Notes under the pieces: generated by a model
What the model was told of the DNA's origin: nothing
Database searches by the model: none
The model's input: only the letters and a program-made list of their open reading frames with translations
Program-made: the position numbers and the translations under genes
Assembly (NCBI GenBank): GCA_964563395.1
Contig: CAZLWK010000013.1
Span: 10,000-73,999 of the forward strand
Direction: 5' to 3'
From: an uncultured Caulobacteraceae bacterium
GTDB taxonomy: Bacteria > Pseudomonadota > Alphaproteobacteria > Caulobacterales > Aquidulcibacteraceae
Length of the DNA: 64,000 bases
Shown: positions 1 through 9,961 of the stretch, piece by piece
Numbering within the stretch: position 1 is the stretch's first letter
How the letters are laid out: every line of letters starts with the position of its first letter

Positions 1-1544
1 CCGCGGACGGCGCCAATGCGGGCGTTTTCGAGTGGCGCATCGACACCGATCAAATTCAATTGTCCGAGCAGGCGGTGCGCCTCTTGGGCGCGCCCGCCGA
101 CACGCTGCACCTGACCAAGCTGTGCGGCATGGCCACCACCGACGACCGCTTCGGCCTGGAGGAGGAATTCCGCCGCGCGCGCCAGAGCGGCTTTCTCGAC
201 GCGCGCTTCCGCACCGGCGCGGGCGCCAGCATCGCGTGGATCGAATTGCGCGGCACGCTGATCGAGAACGATCACGGCCAGCAGCGTCTTGTCGGCACCG
301 TGCTCGACGCCACCTCGCGCCACGAGGCGGCCGCGCAAGTCTCGCGCCTGGAGCGCGCCTTGCGCGCGGCGATCGACGCCTATACGGGACCCTTCGCGCT
401 GTGGGACGCACGGCGCCGTCTGACGATGTGGAACCAGACCTACGCGCAAGTGTTCGGGCTTGGCCCCGACCTCTTGCGCCCGCGCGCTTCCTACGCCGCC
501 ATCGCGGCCGCGGCCGCGCAGCGCATCCGGCGCGAGACCGTGAACGCCAGCGAAACCGACGCCCGCACCATCGAATTGGTGAATGGCGAATGGTGGCAGA
601 TCGTGGAGCGCCGCACGCCGGACGGCGGGCTCGTCACTGTTGGCGTGAACATCACCGAGGTGAAGAAGAAGGAAGAGCAGATCGCCCGCAACGAACAGCG
701 CCTGACGGCCGCGCTGAAGCGCGCCGAGCTGCAGGAATACGAGATCAAGGCGCTGGCCGAGGAAGCCGAGCAGGAACGCAAGAAGGCGGAAGACGCAAGC
801 CGCGCCAAGAGCGCGTTCCTGGCCAATATGAGCCACGAATTGCGCACGCCGCTCAACGCCATCATCGGCTTCTCGGAGATCATGGACAAGGAATTGCTCG
901 GCCCGATCGGCACCGAGCAATATAAGGGCTACGCGCACGACATCTGGGAGAGCGGCAATCACCTCCTTCTGTTGATCAATGACATCCTCGACATGGCCAA
1001 GATCGAGGCCGGCAAATTCACGCTAACGCCGCACCCGCTGCAGGTTCTCGACCTGATCGAGTCCGCCGTGCGCATGAACAAACCTGGCGCCGACAACAAG
1101 AACATTCCGATCATGATCGATGCGGAGAATTTGCCGGATATCGAGGCCGATGCGCGCGCGCTGAAGCAGATGGTGTCCAATCTGCTCTCGAACGCGGTGA
1201 AATTCACCGACAAGGGCATGATCGTGGTGCAGGCGCGGCCTACCGATCGCGGCATCGTCATCCGCGTGGCCGATACGGGCTGCGGCATCCCGCCCGAGCA
1301 CATGAAAGACCTCGCCACCCCGTTCAAACAGGTCGAGACTGAACTTTCGCGCAATCATCAGGGCACGGGCCTGGGCCTCGCCTTGACGAAAACGCTGGTG
1401 GAAATGCATGGCGGGGACATGCACATCAAAAGCAAGGTCGGCGAAGGCACGATCGTGAGCCTTTATCTGCCGCTCAAGTTCGACGCGGCTCGCGCGGCGC
1501 GCCGCGAGGACGATGACGGCGCGACCGACATCGCGGCCGAATAA
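1..1544 (+). CDS. PAS-domain sensor histidine kinase, 5-prime end cut by window edge
   Basis: Frame is open from base 3 (..GVFEWRIDTDQIQLSEQ..), so the listed TTG at 60 is not the true start. H-box SHELRTPLNAIIGFSE, N-box LLSNAVKFT, G-boxes DTGCGI and GTGLGLALTK. Confidence 0.9.
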   Translation, partial: ADGANAGVFEWRIDTDQIQLSEQAVRLLGAPADTLHLTKLCGMATTDDRFGLEEEFRRARQSGFLDARFRTGAGASIAWIELRGTLIENDHGQQRLVGTVLDATSRHEAAAQVSRLERALRAAIDAYTGPFALWDARRRLTMWNQTYAQVFGLGPDLLRPRASYAAIAAAAAQRIRRETVNASETDARTIELVNGEWWQIVERRTPDGGLVTVGVNITEVKKKEEQIARNEQRLTAALKRAELQEYEIKALAEEAEQERKKAEDASRAKSAFLANMSHELRTPLNAIIGFSEIMDKELLGPIGTEQYKGYAHDIWESGNHLLLLINDILDMAKIEAGKFTLTPHPLQVLDLIESAVRMNKPGADNKNIPIMIDAENLPDIEADARALKQMVSNLLSNAVKFTDKGMIVVQARPTDRGIVIRVADTGCGIPPEHMKDLATPFKQVETELSRNHQGTGLGLALTKTLVEMHGGDMHIKSKVGEGTIVSLYLPLKFDAARAARREDDDGATDIAAE

Positions 1545-2036
1545 TCATTTCTCGTCGAAAGGCCCGCCGGCGCGCTCGCCCCGACGCAGGCGCGCCTTCG
1601 TGAGCGCGTCCACCGCCTCGGCGCGCTGCTGCGGCGTGAGGTCCGCGAGCGCTGCGGCGACGGCGTCGTGAAACTGGGTCTGCAACGCCGTGTCCGCCGC
1701 GCGCATGCGCGCGAACGCCGCGCGCACATCCTCCGCCCCCGCCGCCGGATCGCGCGCGGCTTCGGCCAGGGCAATGCGCGCCTCCCGCACCGCGCGCCGT
1801 TCGTCATCGCTCTGGCGCCAGGCCGCGATCAGATCGTCGCGCATCGCCGCGCGCACATCGCCCGGCAGGGCGAAATAGAAGCCGCGCGGCGAGAAAGGCT
1901 GGAGCGCCTGCGCGGCGGGCGTGCGCTCAAGGCGCGCCCCAGCGGCGAACGCGCCGACGGCCAAACCGACCAGGAGGAGATTGATCGCCAGCGAGACGAA
2001 CAGCGCCGTGCGCCAGGGGAAGCGGGCTTCTTCCAT
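1545..2036 (-). CDS. periplasmic Spy/CpxP-like (heavy-metal-sensor family) protein
   Basis: Start taken at MEEARFPW (ATG at 2036, sharing 1 nt with the upstream stop, TGATG). N-terminal membrane anchor, then a helical Ala/Arg-rich domain. Last gene of the ECF sigma module. Confidence 0.55.
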   Translation of the reverse strand: MEEARFPWRTALFVSLAINLLLVGLAVGAFAAGARLERTPAAQALQPFSPRGFYFALPGDVRAAMRDDLIAAWRQSDDERRAVREARIALAEAARDPAAGAEDVRAAFARMRAADTALQTQFHDAVAAALADLTPQQRAEAVDALTKARLRRGERAGGPFDEK

Positions 2037-2416
2037 CACACATCGCCCTCCAAGAACGACATTGCGAGCACGAGATCGACCACATCGCGATCCGGCGCGG
2101 AGAGACCGGCGCCATAGCCGAGCGCGAGGCCGAGCAGCGCGCACGCCGCCAAGGCGAGCCCCGGCCCCACTATTCGCGCAGCCGCGACACGCGGCGCGCG
2201 CGTGGGCGCGGTGTTGAGGATGCGCCGCGCCAGCGCAGCATCCGCGCGCGCGCCCTCCTTGTCCAAGACGAGCGCATCATCCAAGGCGCGCGCGCGCACC
2301 AGGAGTTCGGGATACGAGGCGGCGAGATTAAGCGCGTCGGCGCGCTCCGCTTCAGGCCAATGCGCGGGGTCGGCGCCATACGCGTCCAAGATCGCGCGAA
2401 AACGAGCTTCGTCCAT
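2036..2416 (-). CDS. putative anti-sigma factor (single TM)
   Basis: 126 aa, 3 nt downstream of the ECF sigma gene. Cytoplasmic N-terminus (MDEARFRAILDAYGADPAHWPE) and one C-terminal TM (GPGLALAACALLGLALGYGAG). Confidence 0.55.
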   Translation of the reverse strand: MDEARFRAILDAYGADPAHWPEAERADALNLAASYPELLVRARALDDALVLDKEGARADAALARRILNTAPTRAPRVAAARIVGPGLALAACALLGLALGYGAGLSAPDRDVVDLVLAMSFLEGDV

Positions 2417-2418
2417 GA

Positions 2419-2964
2419 TTATCCGTGCGCCTCCTCGACAAGGGCGGCTCTCAAGGCGCGGCGACCGCGCGCCAACAAGGATTCAAGCGCGTCCACGCTC
2501 ACGCCCAGCGCTTCCGCCGCGGCGATATTCGAGACGTCCTCGAAATGGCACAGCACGATCGCGGCGCGCTGACGCTCGGGCAAAGCGGCGATCGCGGCGC
2601 GCACGGCGGCGGCGCGATCGGCGCTTTCGCGCACGAGATCGGCGCGGGGCGCGGGATCGATCTCGGCGGCGCCGGCGTCCGGATCGGCGATTTCGCGTCT
2701 GCGGCGCAAGCGGTCATAGCAAAGATTGAGCGTCACGCGGTGCATCCAGGTTTCGAATTTCGCCTGGCCGGGCCGCCAATCGGCGGCGTGACGCCAGACG
2801 CGCAGGAACACCTCCTGCGCCACGTCCTCCGCCTCCGCCGCGTCCGCCAACATGCGCCGCGCGATGGCGAGGATACGCGGCAAATGCCGGCGCACGAGAT
2901 GTTCGGCCGCCCGCGCTTCGCCCGCGCCGGCGCGTCGGACGAAATCCTCGTCCGGATCGAGCAT
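2419..2964 (-). CDS. ECF-type RNA polymerase sigma-70 factor
   Basis: Region 2 (AEDVAQEVFLRVWRH..FETWMHRVTLNLCYDRLRRR) and region 4 (LPERQRAAIVLCHFEDVSNIAAAEALGVSVDALESLLARGR). Confidence 0.9.
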   Translation of the reverse strand: MLDPDEDFVRRAGAGEARAAEHLVRRHLPRILAIARRMLADAAEAEDVAQEVFLRVWRHAADWRPGQAKFETWMHRVTLNLCYDRLRRRREIADPDAGAAEIDPAPRADLVRESADRAAAVRAAIAALPERQRAAIVLCHFEDVSNIAAAEALGVSVDALESLLARGRRALRAALVEEAHG

Positions 2965-2978
2965 CGGCGCGCGCCGCC

Positions 2979-3380
2979 CTACCGCGCGGCTTGCGCGCGC
3001 GCAGCGGCCAGCTCGCTCTGCTCCAGCACGTCATTTCGGTTCGCATCGTAGCGCTCGAAGAGGGCGTAAGGCTGACCCAGGAATTCCGCGCGGCTGATCG
3101 CGCCGTCATTGTTGGAATCGGCCTCGGCCAGACGCTCGACCGCCCGCCCAGCGAAACGGGAGAGACGCTGGCGCTCTTCCGCGCTGATCGATCCATCGCC
3201 GTTCTGATCGAGCCGGTTGAACATGGCGGCGCGCGCCTCGTTGGCCTCCGCGCGCGTGATGGCGCCGTCATTGTTGGCGTCCGCGCGCATGAGGCGGCCA
3301 AGGTCGCCGCTATCGGCGAAGGCCGGGGCGGCGCCCGAGAGAAAAAACGCGGCGGCGATAAAGGCCGATCGAAAGGACAT
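2979..3380 (-). CDS. exported EF-hand calcium-binding protein
   Basis: Signal peptide MSFRSAFIAAAFFLSGAAPAFA. Loops DANNDGAITRAE, DQNGDGSISAEE and DSNNDGAISRAE, plus a degenerate DANRNDVLEQSE. Confidence 0.8.
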   Translation of the reverse strand: MSFRSAFIAAAFFLSGAAPAFADSGDLGRLMRADANNDGAITRAEANEARAAMFNRLDQNGDGSISAEERQRLSRFAGRAVERLAEADSNNDGAISRAEFLGQPYALFERYDANRNDVLEQSELAAARAQAAR

Positions 3381-3410
3381 GAGATGGCTCCCGTGTGCGA
3401 TATGTGAGCT

Positions 3411-6275
3411 TTAACGCGCGGCCGCGCCCGCTCCGTCGTCGTCAAGGCCGATCAGCGCGCGATAGACAGCGCCCGCCTCGGCCTTGGCGCGGACAAGGGC
3501 GGCTTCGGCGGCGGCGAAATCGGGAACGCCCAGGGCGGCGGCGACGCGACCTTTCAGGCTTTGCGAGGCGCGCGCGGGGTCGAAGCCGTCTGGCGCGCTG
3601 ATGCGCAGGAGCTGCTGCAAGGCGCCAAGCAGCGTCCAGGCGCTCCGCAGCGCCGCGGCATGGGTTTGGTTAAGCAGGCCCGCCGCCTCCAGGCGGTCGA
3701 GCGCGGCGCCCGTATTGGCGGCGAGCGCATCGGCGCGGAGCGCCAAGATCTGCAGCGTCTGCACGATGAATTCGATATCGACGAAACCGCCGCGATCGAG
3801 CTTCAAATCCCAAACGCCCGCGCTTGGACGCTCCTTTTCCATCAGCGCGCGCATGGCGCGCACATCCTTGAGCACCGTCGCGCCGTCGCGCGCGCGGGAC
3901 AACGTCGATCCGGCGATGTCCGCCACGCGGGCGCGGAGCGCTGCATCCCCCGCCACCGGGCGTGCGCGCGTGAGCGCCAAGAGCTCCCACGTCCATGCGT
4001 CTTCGCCATAATAGCGCGCGAACGCGCTTAAGCGCACCGCCACCGGGCCCGAAGAACCGGACGGACGCAATTGCATGTCGACCTCATAGAGAAGCCCCTC
4101 CTCCGTCGGCGCCGACAAGGCCGCGACGAGGCGCTGCGTGAAGCGGGTGTAGAAATCGGCGGCGCTGAGGCCACTCTCGTTCACTGCTTCGGCCGGCGCG
4201 TCATAGACGATCATCAGATCGAGATCGGAGCCTTGGCTCAATTCACGCCCGCCGAATTTGCCGAGCGCCAGCACGCAATAGGCGCCGGGCGCGGCCCCGA
4301 AGCGGCGCTCCATCTCTTCCTGCGCGGCATCCGCAAGCCGCGAGACGCACGCTTCGGCGAGGTCGGCATAGGCCGCGCCCGCGGCGCGCGCATCGGCCTT
4401 GCCATCGAGCACTTGCATGCCGATGCGAAACGCCTCGTCGCGATGAAAGCGCCGCGCCGCGTTCAAGGCGCCTTCAAAGCCGCCAGCGGCGCCGATGCGC
4501 TCGGCGAGTTCGGCCGCGCGCGCGCCGGGCGCGTCCGTGTCGATCGGCTCTGAAAAGCGCGGCTCGATCATGGAATCGATCAGCGCGGGCCGACGCGCGA
4601 GCGCTTCGGCCAGTTGCGGCGCAAGGCCGAACGCGCTGGCGAGTTGGTTGAGCAGGCGCGGCTCGGCCGCCAGCAGAGACAACACCTGCACGCCCGCGTT
4701 CAGCCCGGCGAAGAACGCGGAGAAGCGCGCGAACGCGATGTCCGGCTCGCCGCTTTGCGCGAGCGCGCGCAGAAGTTTCGGCGTCAGCGCCGTCAAAAGC
4801 TCGCGCGCGCGTTCCGCGCGCATCGCGCGGATGCGGCCATGATGCCAACCGCGGATCGTCTGGCTCACGGTGGCGGGCTGCGCGAAGCCGAGCGAGGCGA
4901 GCGTTTTCAGCGTTTCGGGATTGTCCTCAACGCCCGTGAAGGAAAGCGCGCCCAAGGGATCGGCGAGGCTCTCGCCGCGGCCGAACAGACCGCGGTCGAT
5001 TTCGGAGACGATACGCCGACGTCGCAGCAATGCGTCCTCAAAGACGCCCAATTCGGAAAAGCCGCAGAGCGCGGCCAGACGCGTGCGCGCTTGCGGATCG
5101 GCGGGCACGTCGTGCGCGTGCGCGTCCTCCATCATCTGCACGCGATGCTCCACGTCGCGGTAGAAGCAATAGGCCTCGATCAGCGCGTCGCGCGTCTCGG
5201 CGCCGATCGCCTTAGCCTCGCAGAGCGCCTCGAGCGCCGCCACCGTGCCGCGCGCGCGCAAGCGCGGATTGCGCCCGCCGAGGATCAATTGCTGCGTCTG
5301 CACGAACAATTCGATGTCGCGAATGCCCCCGCGCCCGAGCTTCACATCAAAGATCGGCGTATCGAGCGCGGCGCCGCCATGGGTGGTGAGGATTTGCCGC
5401 TTGATCGATTCCACATCGGCGACGGCCGCGTAGTCGAGATGCTTGCGCCATACGAATGGAACAAGGCTGCGCAAGAAGTCCTCGCCCAGCGCGCGGTCTC
5501 CGCCCGCCACGCGCGCCTTGATGAAGGCCGCGCGCTCCCAATTCTGACCCAGGTGCTGGTAATAATTCTCCGCAGAGCGGATCGAAACGGCGGCGGGCGT
5601 GGCGCCAGGATCGGGGCGCAAGCGCAGATCAGTGCGAAAGACATAGCCGTCGGCGGTCTTTTCTTCGAGCGCGCGCACGAAGGGCGCGATGAGCCGGACC
5701 GCGACCACGCCGGCTTCGCGCCGCTCTCCGACGCGCAATTCGGCCGGATCGTAGAAGCAGGACACGTCGATATCGCTCGAATAATTGAGCTCGTGCGCGC
5801 CCATCTTGCCCATGGCGATCAGCGTCACGCCCTTGAGCGCGCCGTCCTCGAACGCGTCCGCGCGAAGATCCCCGCGGGCGATAAGCGTGCGCGCGGCGAG
5901 CGCAAGGCTCGCTTCGGCGGCGGCGTCCGCGAAGGCGCTGAGCGCGGCCGTGATCGCATGAAGGGGCGCTGCGCGACTGAGATCGAGCATGGCGAGCGCC
6001 AGATGCGCTCCGTCCTTCGCGCGGCGCAGCGCGATCATGCCCGCCTCCAGATCGTGGTCGTCGCGCGCAAGCGCCTGCGCTTGCTCCATCGCGGCGGCCA
6101 TCATGCGCTCGGGCCAATCGGTCGCGTCGGCGCCGTCCATCAGATCGGGACGGCGCGCCATCAAGCGGCGCAGATAGGGCGCGTGCGCTTCGGCGGCGAC
6201 GATCGCGCGCCCCCATGGTCCGCCGCGTCCTTCGCTCGGCGCGAGCGCCGGGCCGATGGTCAACGGGTCAGCCAT
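3411..6275 (-). CDS. glnE: bifunctional glutamine synthetase adenylyltransferase/adenylyl-removing enzyme
   Basis: Two nucleotidyltransferase modules (GKMGAHELNYSSDIDV and GKFGGRELSQGSDLDLMIVY). Start taken at MADPLTIG (ATG 6275), because the upstream ORF extension overlaps the kinase gene. Confidence 0.9.
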   Translation of the reverse strand: MADPLTIGPALAPSEGRGGPWGRAIVAAEAHAPYLRRLMARRPDLMDGADATDWPERMMAAAMEQAQALARDDHDLEAGMIALRRAKDGAHLALAMLDLSRAAPLHAITAALSAFADAAAEASLALAARTLIARGDLRADAFEDGALKGVTLIAMGKMGAHELNYSSDIDVSCFYDPAELRVGERREAGVVAVRLIAPFVRALEEKTADGYVFRTDLRLRPDPGATPAAVSIRSAENYYQHLGQNWERAAFIKARVAGGDRALGEDFLRSLVPFVWRKHLDYAAVADVESIKRQILTTHGGAALDTPIFDVKLGRGGIRDIELFVQTQQLILGGRNPRLRARGTVAALEALCEAKAIGAETRDALIEAYCFYRDVEHRVQMMEDAHAHDVPADPQARTRLAALCGFSELGVFEDALLRRRRIVSEIDRGLFGRGESLADPLGALSFTGVEDNPETLKTLASLGFAQPATVSQTIRGWHHGRIRAMRAERARELLTALTPKLLRALAQSGEPDIAFARFSAFFAGLNAGVQVLSLLAAEPRLLNQLASAFGLAPQLAEALARRPALIDSMIEPRFSEPIDTDAPGARAAELAERIGAAGGFEGALNAARRFHRDEAFRIGMQVLDGKADARAAGAAYADLAEACVSRLADAAQEEMERRFGAAPGAYCVLALGKFGGRELSQGSDLDLMIVYDAPAEAVNESGLSAADFYTRFTQRLVAALSAPTEEGLLYEVDMQLRPSGSSGPVAVRLSAFARYYGEDAWTWELLALTRARPVAGDAALRARVADIAGSTLSRARDGATVLKDVRAMRALMEKERPSAGVWDLKLDRGGFVDIEFIVQTLQILALRADALAANTGAALDRLEAAGLLNQTHAAALRSAWTLLGALQQLLRISAPDGFDPARASQSLKGRVAAALGVPDFAAAEAALVRAKAEAGAVYRALIGLDDDGAGAAAR

Positions 6276-7713
6276 CGGCGCGCACGCGCACATCGCTGCG
6301 CGACACGACAAGCGTGGCGGCGAGACCGGGCGCTTCGCCGATGCCGAGCCCGTCGCCCAATTCAAGGCGGCCCTTGTGCAAGCGCGCCACCGCCGAAACG
6401 AGGCTGAGGCCGAGCCCCACGCCCTGCGTGCTGCGCGCCGATTCAAGGCGCACGAAGCGCTCCGTCACACGCTCGCGATCCTCGAATGGCACGCCGGGTC
6501 CATCGTCGAGCACCGACACGCGCAGCACATCGCCGCCCGCGCGCGCGCGCACAGCGACGCGGCCGCCGGCGGGCGTGTATTTCAGCGCGTTCTCGATCAG
6601 GTTCGACACGGCGTGAGCAACCAGCCCCGGATCGCCGCGCATGTCGAGCTTTGTGGGGATTTCAGCGTGGAACGATAGGCCGGCCTCTTCCGCCGCCGGC
6701 TCGTAGAAATCGACGAGTTCGCGCAAGGTCTGCGCCAAATCGAACGATTCAAAGCGCCAATCCGACGCGGCCTCGACCCGCGAGAGCTTCAAGATCGCTT
6801 GGAACATATCGAGAATGCGATCGGTCTCCTCCACCGCCTTGCGCAGCGCCTCGCGATCCGCGTCCGTGTCGGGCGGGGCTTCAAGCGCCGATTCAAGGCG
6901 CTGGCGAAATCGCGTGAGCGGCGAGCGCAGATCGTGCGCGATGGCGTCGCCCGCCGTGCGCGTCGTGTGCAAGAGCCGCTCGATGCGATCGAGCATGGCG
7001 TTCAAATCTTCCGCCAGCGCGTCGAATTCATCGCCGCCGCCGCTCAGGGGCGCGCGGCGCGTCAAATCGCCGGCCATCACGTCGCGCGCGGTGTTGGAGA
7101 GCGCCTCGGCGCGGCGCGCGGCTTGGCCGCTGGCCAGAAGCCCGCTGACCACGGAAAGCACCACGCCGAGGATCGCCACCGTAAGCAGCACGCGCGTGAT
7201 GCGATTGGCGATGGCGGCGTTTTCGCCGAGATCGCGCGCCACGAGCAGGATCGGCCCGCCCAAAAGGCGCCCGACGCGGCCCACGGCGCGCGTGCGCTGG
7301 CCCGCACCGTCCTTATCGGCGTCGCCCGCGCCCTGATCGCGCGGGAAGGTGAAATCGATCCGCTGCGAGGTTTCGCCCGGAATGGCGGGTAGACTGTCGA
7401 AGGCGCCCGCCGTCACCTCACCATTGGCGTTGGCGACGACATAGATGAAGGCGCTCTGCCGCGCCGCGCGCTCCACCACTTCCTGATTGAGCCGGCGCAC
7501 GCCGCCTTCGGCGTAGGCGCGCTCAAGGAGCGCGTATTCCTGATCGGCCGCGTCGGCGGCGTCCCTGGTCAATTGTCCGGCGGTGGCGAAATAGACATAA
7601 GCCAAAAGCGCGACAACGAACGCCAGCACCACGCCCGCCTGCACGATGGCGACGCGGAACGTGGTGGTGCGCAAAAGCGCTTCGATGCGCGGTCTAAGAC
7701 TTGGACGCGCCAT
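6268..7713 (-). CDS. HAMP-domain sensor histidine kinase
   Basis: Two TM segments, H-box AHDLRSPLT, NLIENALKYTP, DDGPGVP, GVGLGLSLV. Confidence 0.9.
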   Translation of the reverse strand: MARPSLRPRIEALLRTTTFRVAIVQAGVVLAFVVALLAYVYFATAGQLTRDAADAADQEYALLERAYAEGGVRRLNQEVVERAARQSAFIYVVANANGEVTAGAFDSLPAIPGETSQRIDFTFPRDQGAGDADKDGAGQRTRAVGRVGRLLGGPILLVARDLGENAAIANRITRVLLTVAILGVVLSVVSGLLASGQAARRAEALSNTARDVMAGDLTRRAPLSGGGDEFDALAEDLNAMLDRIERLLHTTRTAGDAIAHDLRSPLTRFRQRLESALEAPPDTDADREALRKAVEETDRILDMFQAILKLSRVEAASDWRFESFDLAQTLRELVDFYEPAAEEAGLSFHAEIPTKLDMRGDPGLVAHAVSNLIENALKYTPAGGRVAVRARAGGDVLRVSVLDDGPGVPFEDRERVTERFVRLESARSTQGVGLGLSLVSAVARLHKGRLELGDGLGIGEAPGLAATLVVSRSDVRVRADG

Positions 7714-7755
7714 TCAGCCCCGCCAGCACGCGTTCGCGAGGGCGCGCCGCGCGGC

Positions 7756-8427
7756 TCACGCCTCCAGCCGGTAGCCCGAACCGCGCACGGTGTGCAAAAG
7801 CGTGCCCTCGAAATCCTTGTCGATCTTCGAGCGCAAACGCGAAATATGCACGTCGATCACGTTGGTCTGCGGATCGAAATGATAATCCCAGACATTCTCG
7901 AGCAGCATCTTGCGCGTCACCGTCTGGCCGGAATGGCGCATCAGATATTCCAAGAGACGGAACTCGCGCGGCTGCAGATCGATCTTCTTGCCGTCGCGGT
8001 GCACGGTGCGCTGGAGGAGATCCATGTCGAGGCCGCCGACATTGAGGCGCGTCTGCGGGCTCTCGCGGTCGCGCCCATGCCACAGCGCGCGCACGCGCGC
8101 CTGCAATTCCCGCGCGGAATAGGGCTTGCCGAGATAATCATTGGCCCCGGCGTTCAGCCCTTCGACGCGGTGATCCTCGTCGTGCAGCGCCGACAGCATG
8201 AGCACGGGCGTGGACACGCCCTTTTCGCGCAGCGTGCGGATCACCATCACGCCCTGCTTCTTCGGCAGCATGCGATCGAGCACGATCACGTCATAGGCGC
8301 CCGACAGCGCGCGGTTCTCGCCGTCCTCGCCGTCCCGCGCCCATTCAACGACATGATCGTCGGTTTCGAGCGATGAACGGATCGTCTCGGCCATGTCCGC
8401 GTCGTCTTCGACCACAAGCACGCGCAT
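7756..8427 (-). CDS. OmpR-family response regulator
   Basis: Start at MRVLVVEDD (ATG 8427). Receiver DVIVLDRMLP. Winged-helix C-terminus (REFRLLEYLMRH, VIDVHISRLRSKID). Confidence 0.9.
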   Translation of the reverse strand: MRVLVVEDDADMAETIRSSLETDDHVVEWARDGEDGENRALSGAYDVIVLDRMLPKKQGVMVIRTLREKGVSTPVLMLSALHDEDHRVEGLNAGANDYLGKPYSARELQARVRALWHGRDRESPQTRLNVGGLDMDLLQRTVHRDGKKIDLQPREFRLLEYLMRHSGQTVTRKMLLENVWDYHFDPQTNVIDVHISRLRSKIDKDFEGTLLHTVRGSGYRLEA

Positions 8428-8476
8428 GCGTCTTCCTCGCTTTTCGTGTCGATCGCCTCGCCGAAGCCGGCGCGTA

Positions 8477-9961
8477 TCAGCCCTGGCCCGGATCGGCGGC
8501 GACGTAGCGGCGCCCGCCCCGGCTCTCAATCTGCATGAGAAGGGGCCGTCCGTCACGCCGCGCCTGCGCCACGGCGCTTTCCAGATCGGCGGCGCTTGAA
8601 ACGGGGCGCCCGCTGGCGAGAAGGATCACATCGCCCACGCGCACGCCCTTTTCGGCCAATTCGCTCTCTGGCGAGACGGCGGTGATGATGAGGCCCGGCT
8701 GATTGCGCTCCAGGCTGGTGAGGCGGGCGCGATCTTCCGTCGTGATCGGACGCACGCTGAGACCGAGCGAGGCCTGCGCGGTGCTCGCGGGCGCCTCCGG
8801 CTCGTCCTCGGCGCCGCCGCCGTCGCGCGCGGCGAGCACCTGCTCGGACGGCCGCTCCGCGAGTTGGATGGAGAGCGTGCGCCGCTGGCCCGCGCGCAGA
8901 ATCTCCATCCGCGAGGCGGCGCCGATGCGCGCGGCGCCGACGCGCTGGGTGAGATCGCGCGAGTCCTGCACATTGTCGCCGTTGAAGGTGAGGATCACGT
9001 CGCCTTGCTGCAGGCCGCCGCGGCTCGCCGGGCTGTCGGGCACGACGCTGGCCACGAGCGCGCCCTGCGCCTCATTGAGGCCGAGGCTGCGCGCGATATC
9101 GTCGTCGAGCGGCTGCACCTGCACGCCAAGCCAGCCCCGCGCCACGCGGCCATCGCGCAGCAATTGATCGACCACGCGCGCGGCGGTGTCGGCGGGGATG
9201 GCGAAGCCGATGCCGACATTGCCGCCGGTCGGCGAGAAGATCGCGCTGTTCACGCCGATCACGTTGCCGCGCAGATCGAAGGTGGGGCCGCCCGAATTGC
9301 CGCGATTGATCGGCGCGTCGATCTGCAGGAAATCGACATAGGCCGAGGAGCCGGCGTTGCGCCGATCGATGGCGGAAACGATGCCGGCCGTGGCGGTGCC
9401 GTCGAGGCCGAACGGATTGCCGACCGCGACCACCCAATCGCCGACGCGCACATCGATCTGACGGTCGAAGGTCACGAAGGGAAACCGGCCCCCGCCTTGA
9501 ATACGCAGCACGGCGATATCCGTGGGCTCGTCCGAGCCGACGACGGTGGCGTTGACTTCGCGCCCGTCGCTCAAGCGCACGCTGATGGATTCCGCGCCTT
9601 CCACGACATGGTGATTGGTGACAACGACTCCTTCGGCGCTGATCAGAAAGCCCGAGCCGAGCGACAGCGGCGATGGGCCCCGCCCGCGCGGCCCACGGAA
9701 GAATTCCTCGAAGCCGGGAGGCGCGCCTTCGATGATCGGGCCCGATCCGCCCGGGCGCTGGCGCACCGAGATCGACACAACGGCGGGACGCACGCGCTCG
9801 ATAAGATCGGCGAAGCTGATCGGCGCACCGGCCGGCGGCTGCACGCGGATTTCCTGCGCCGCCGCCTCTGGCGCGGGCGCGATGGCCGCCGCGCCGAGCG
9901 CGAGGGCGAGCCCCGCCCCACCGGCGAGAAGAGTGCGATCCAGGCGTATGCTCTTCGACAT
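8477..9961 (-). CDS. degP: Do/DegP-family periplasmic serine endoprotease with two PDZ domains
   Basis: Signal peptide. Catalytic triad contexts TNHHVV, DIAVLRI, GNSGGPTF. Two PDZ-like repeats in the C-terminal half. Confidence 0.92.
   Translation of the reverse strand: MSKSIRLDRTLLAGGAGLALALGAAAIAPAPEAAAQEIRVQPPAGAPISFADLIERVRPAVVSISVRQRPGGSGPIIEGAPPGFEEFFRGPRGRGPSPLSLGSGFLISAEGVVVTNHHVVEGAESISVRLSDGREVNATVVGSDEPTDIAVLRIQGGGRFPFVTFDRQIDVRVGDWVVAVGNPFGLDGTATAGIVSAIDRRNAGSSAYVDFLQIDAPINRGNSGGPTFDLRGNVIGVNSAIFSPTGGNVGIGFAIPADTAARVVDQLLRDGRVARGWLGVQVQPLDDDIARSLGLNEAQGALVASVVPDSPASRGGLQQGDVILTFNGDNVQDSRDLTQRVGAARIGAASRMEILRAGQRRTLSIQLAERPSEQVLAARDGGGAEDEPEAPASTAQASLGLSVRPITTEDRARLTSLERNQPGLIITAVSPESELAEKGVRVGDVILLASGRPVSSAADLESAVAQARRDGRPLLMQIESRGGRRYVAADPGQG

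Noticed and set aside
4614-6407. 597-aa plus-strand ORF antisense to glnE. Similar long antisense ORFs occur at 30472-32130, 39001-40257, 42719-44335 and 8864-10054.
   Set aside because: Each lies opposite a gene with strong family motifs (GlnE, PBP1A, GGT, patatin, DegP). They have Arg-rich compositions and no recognisable domains. They are mirror-frame artefacts of high GC.
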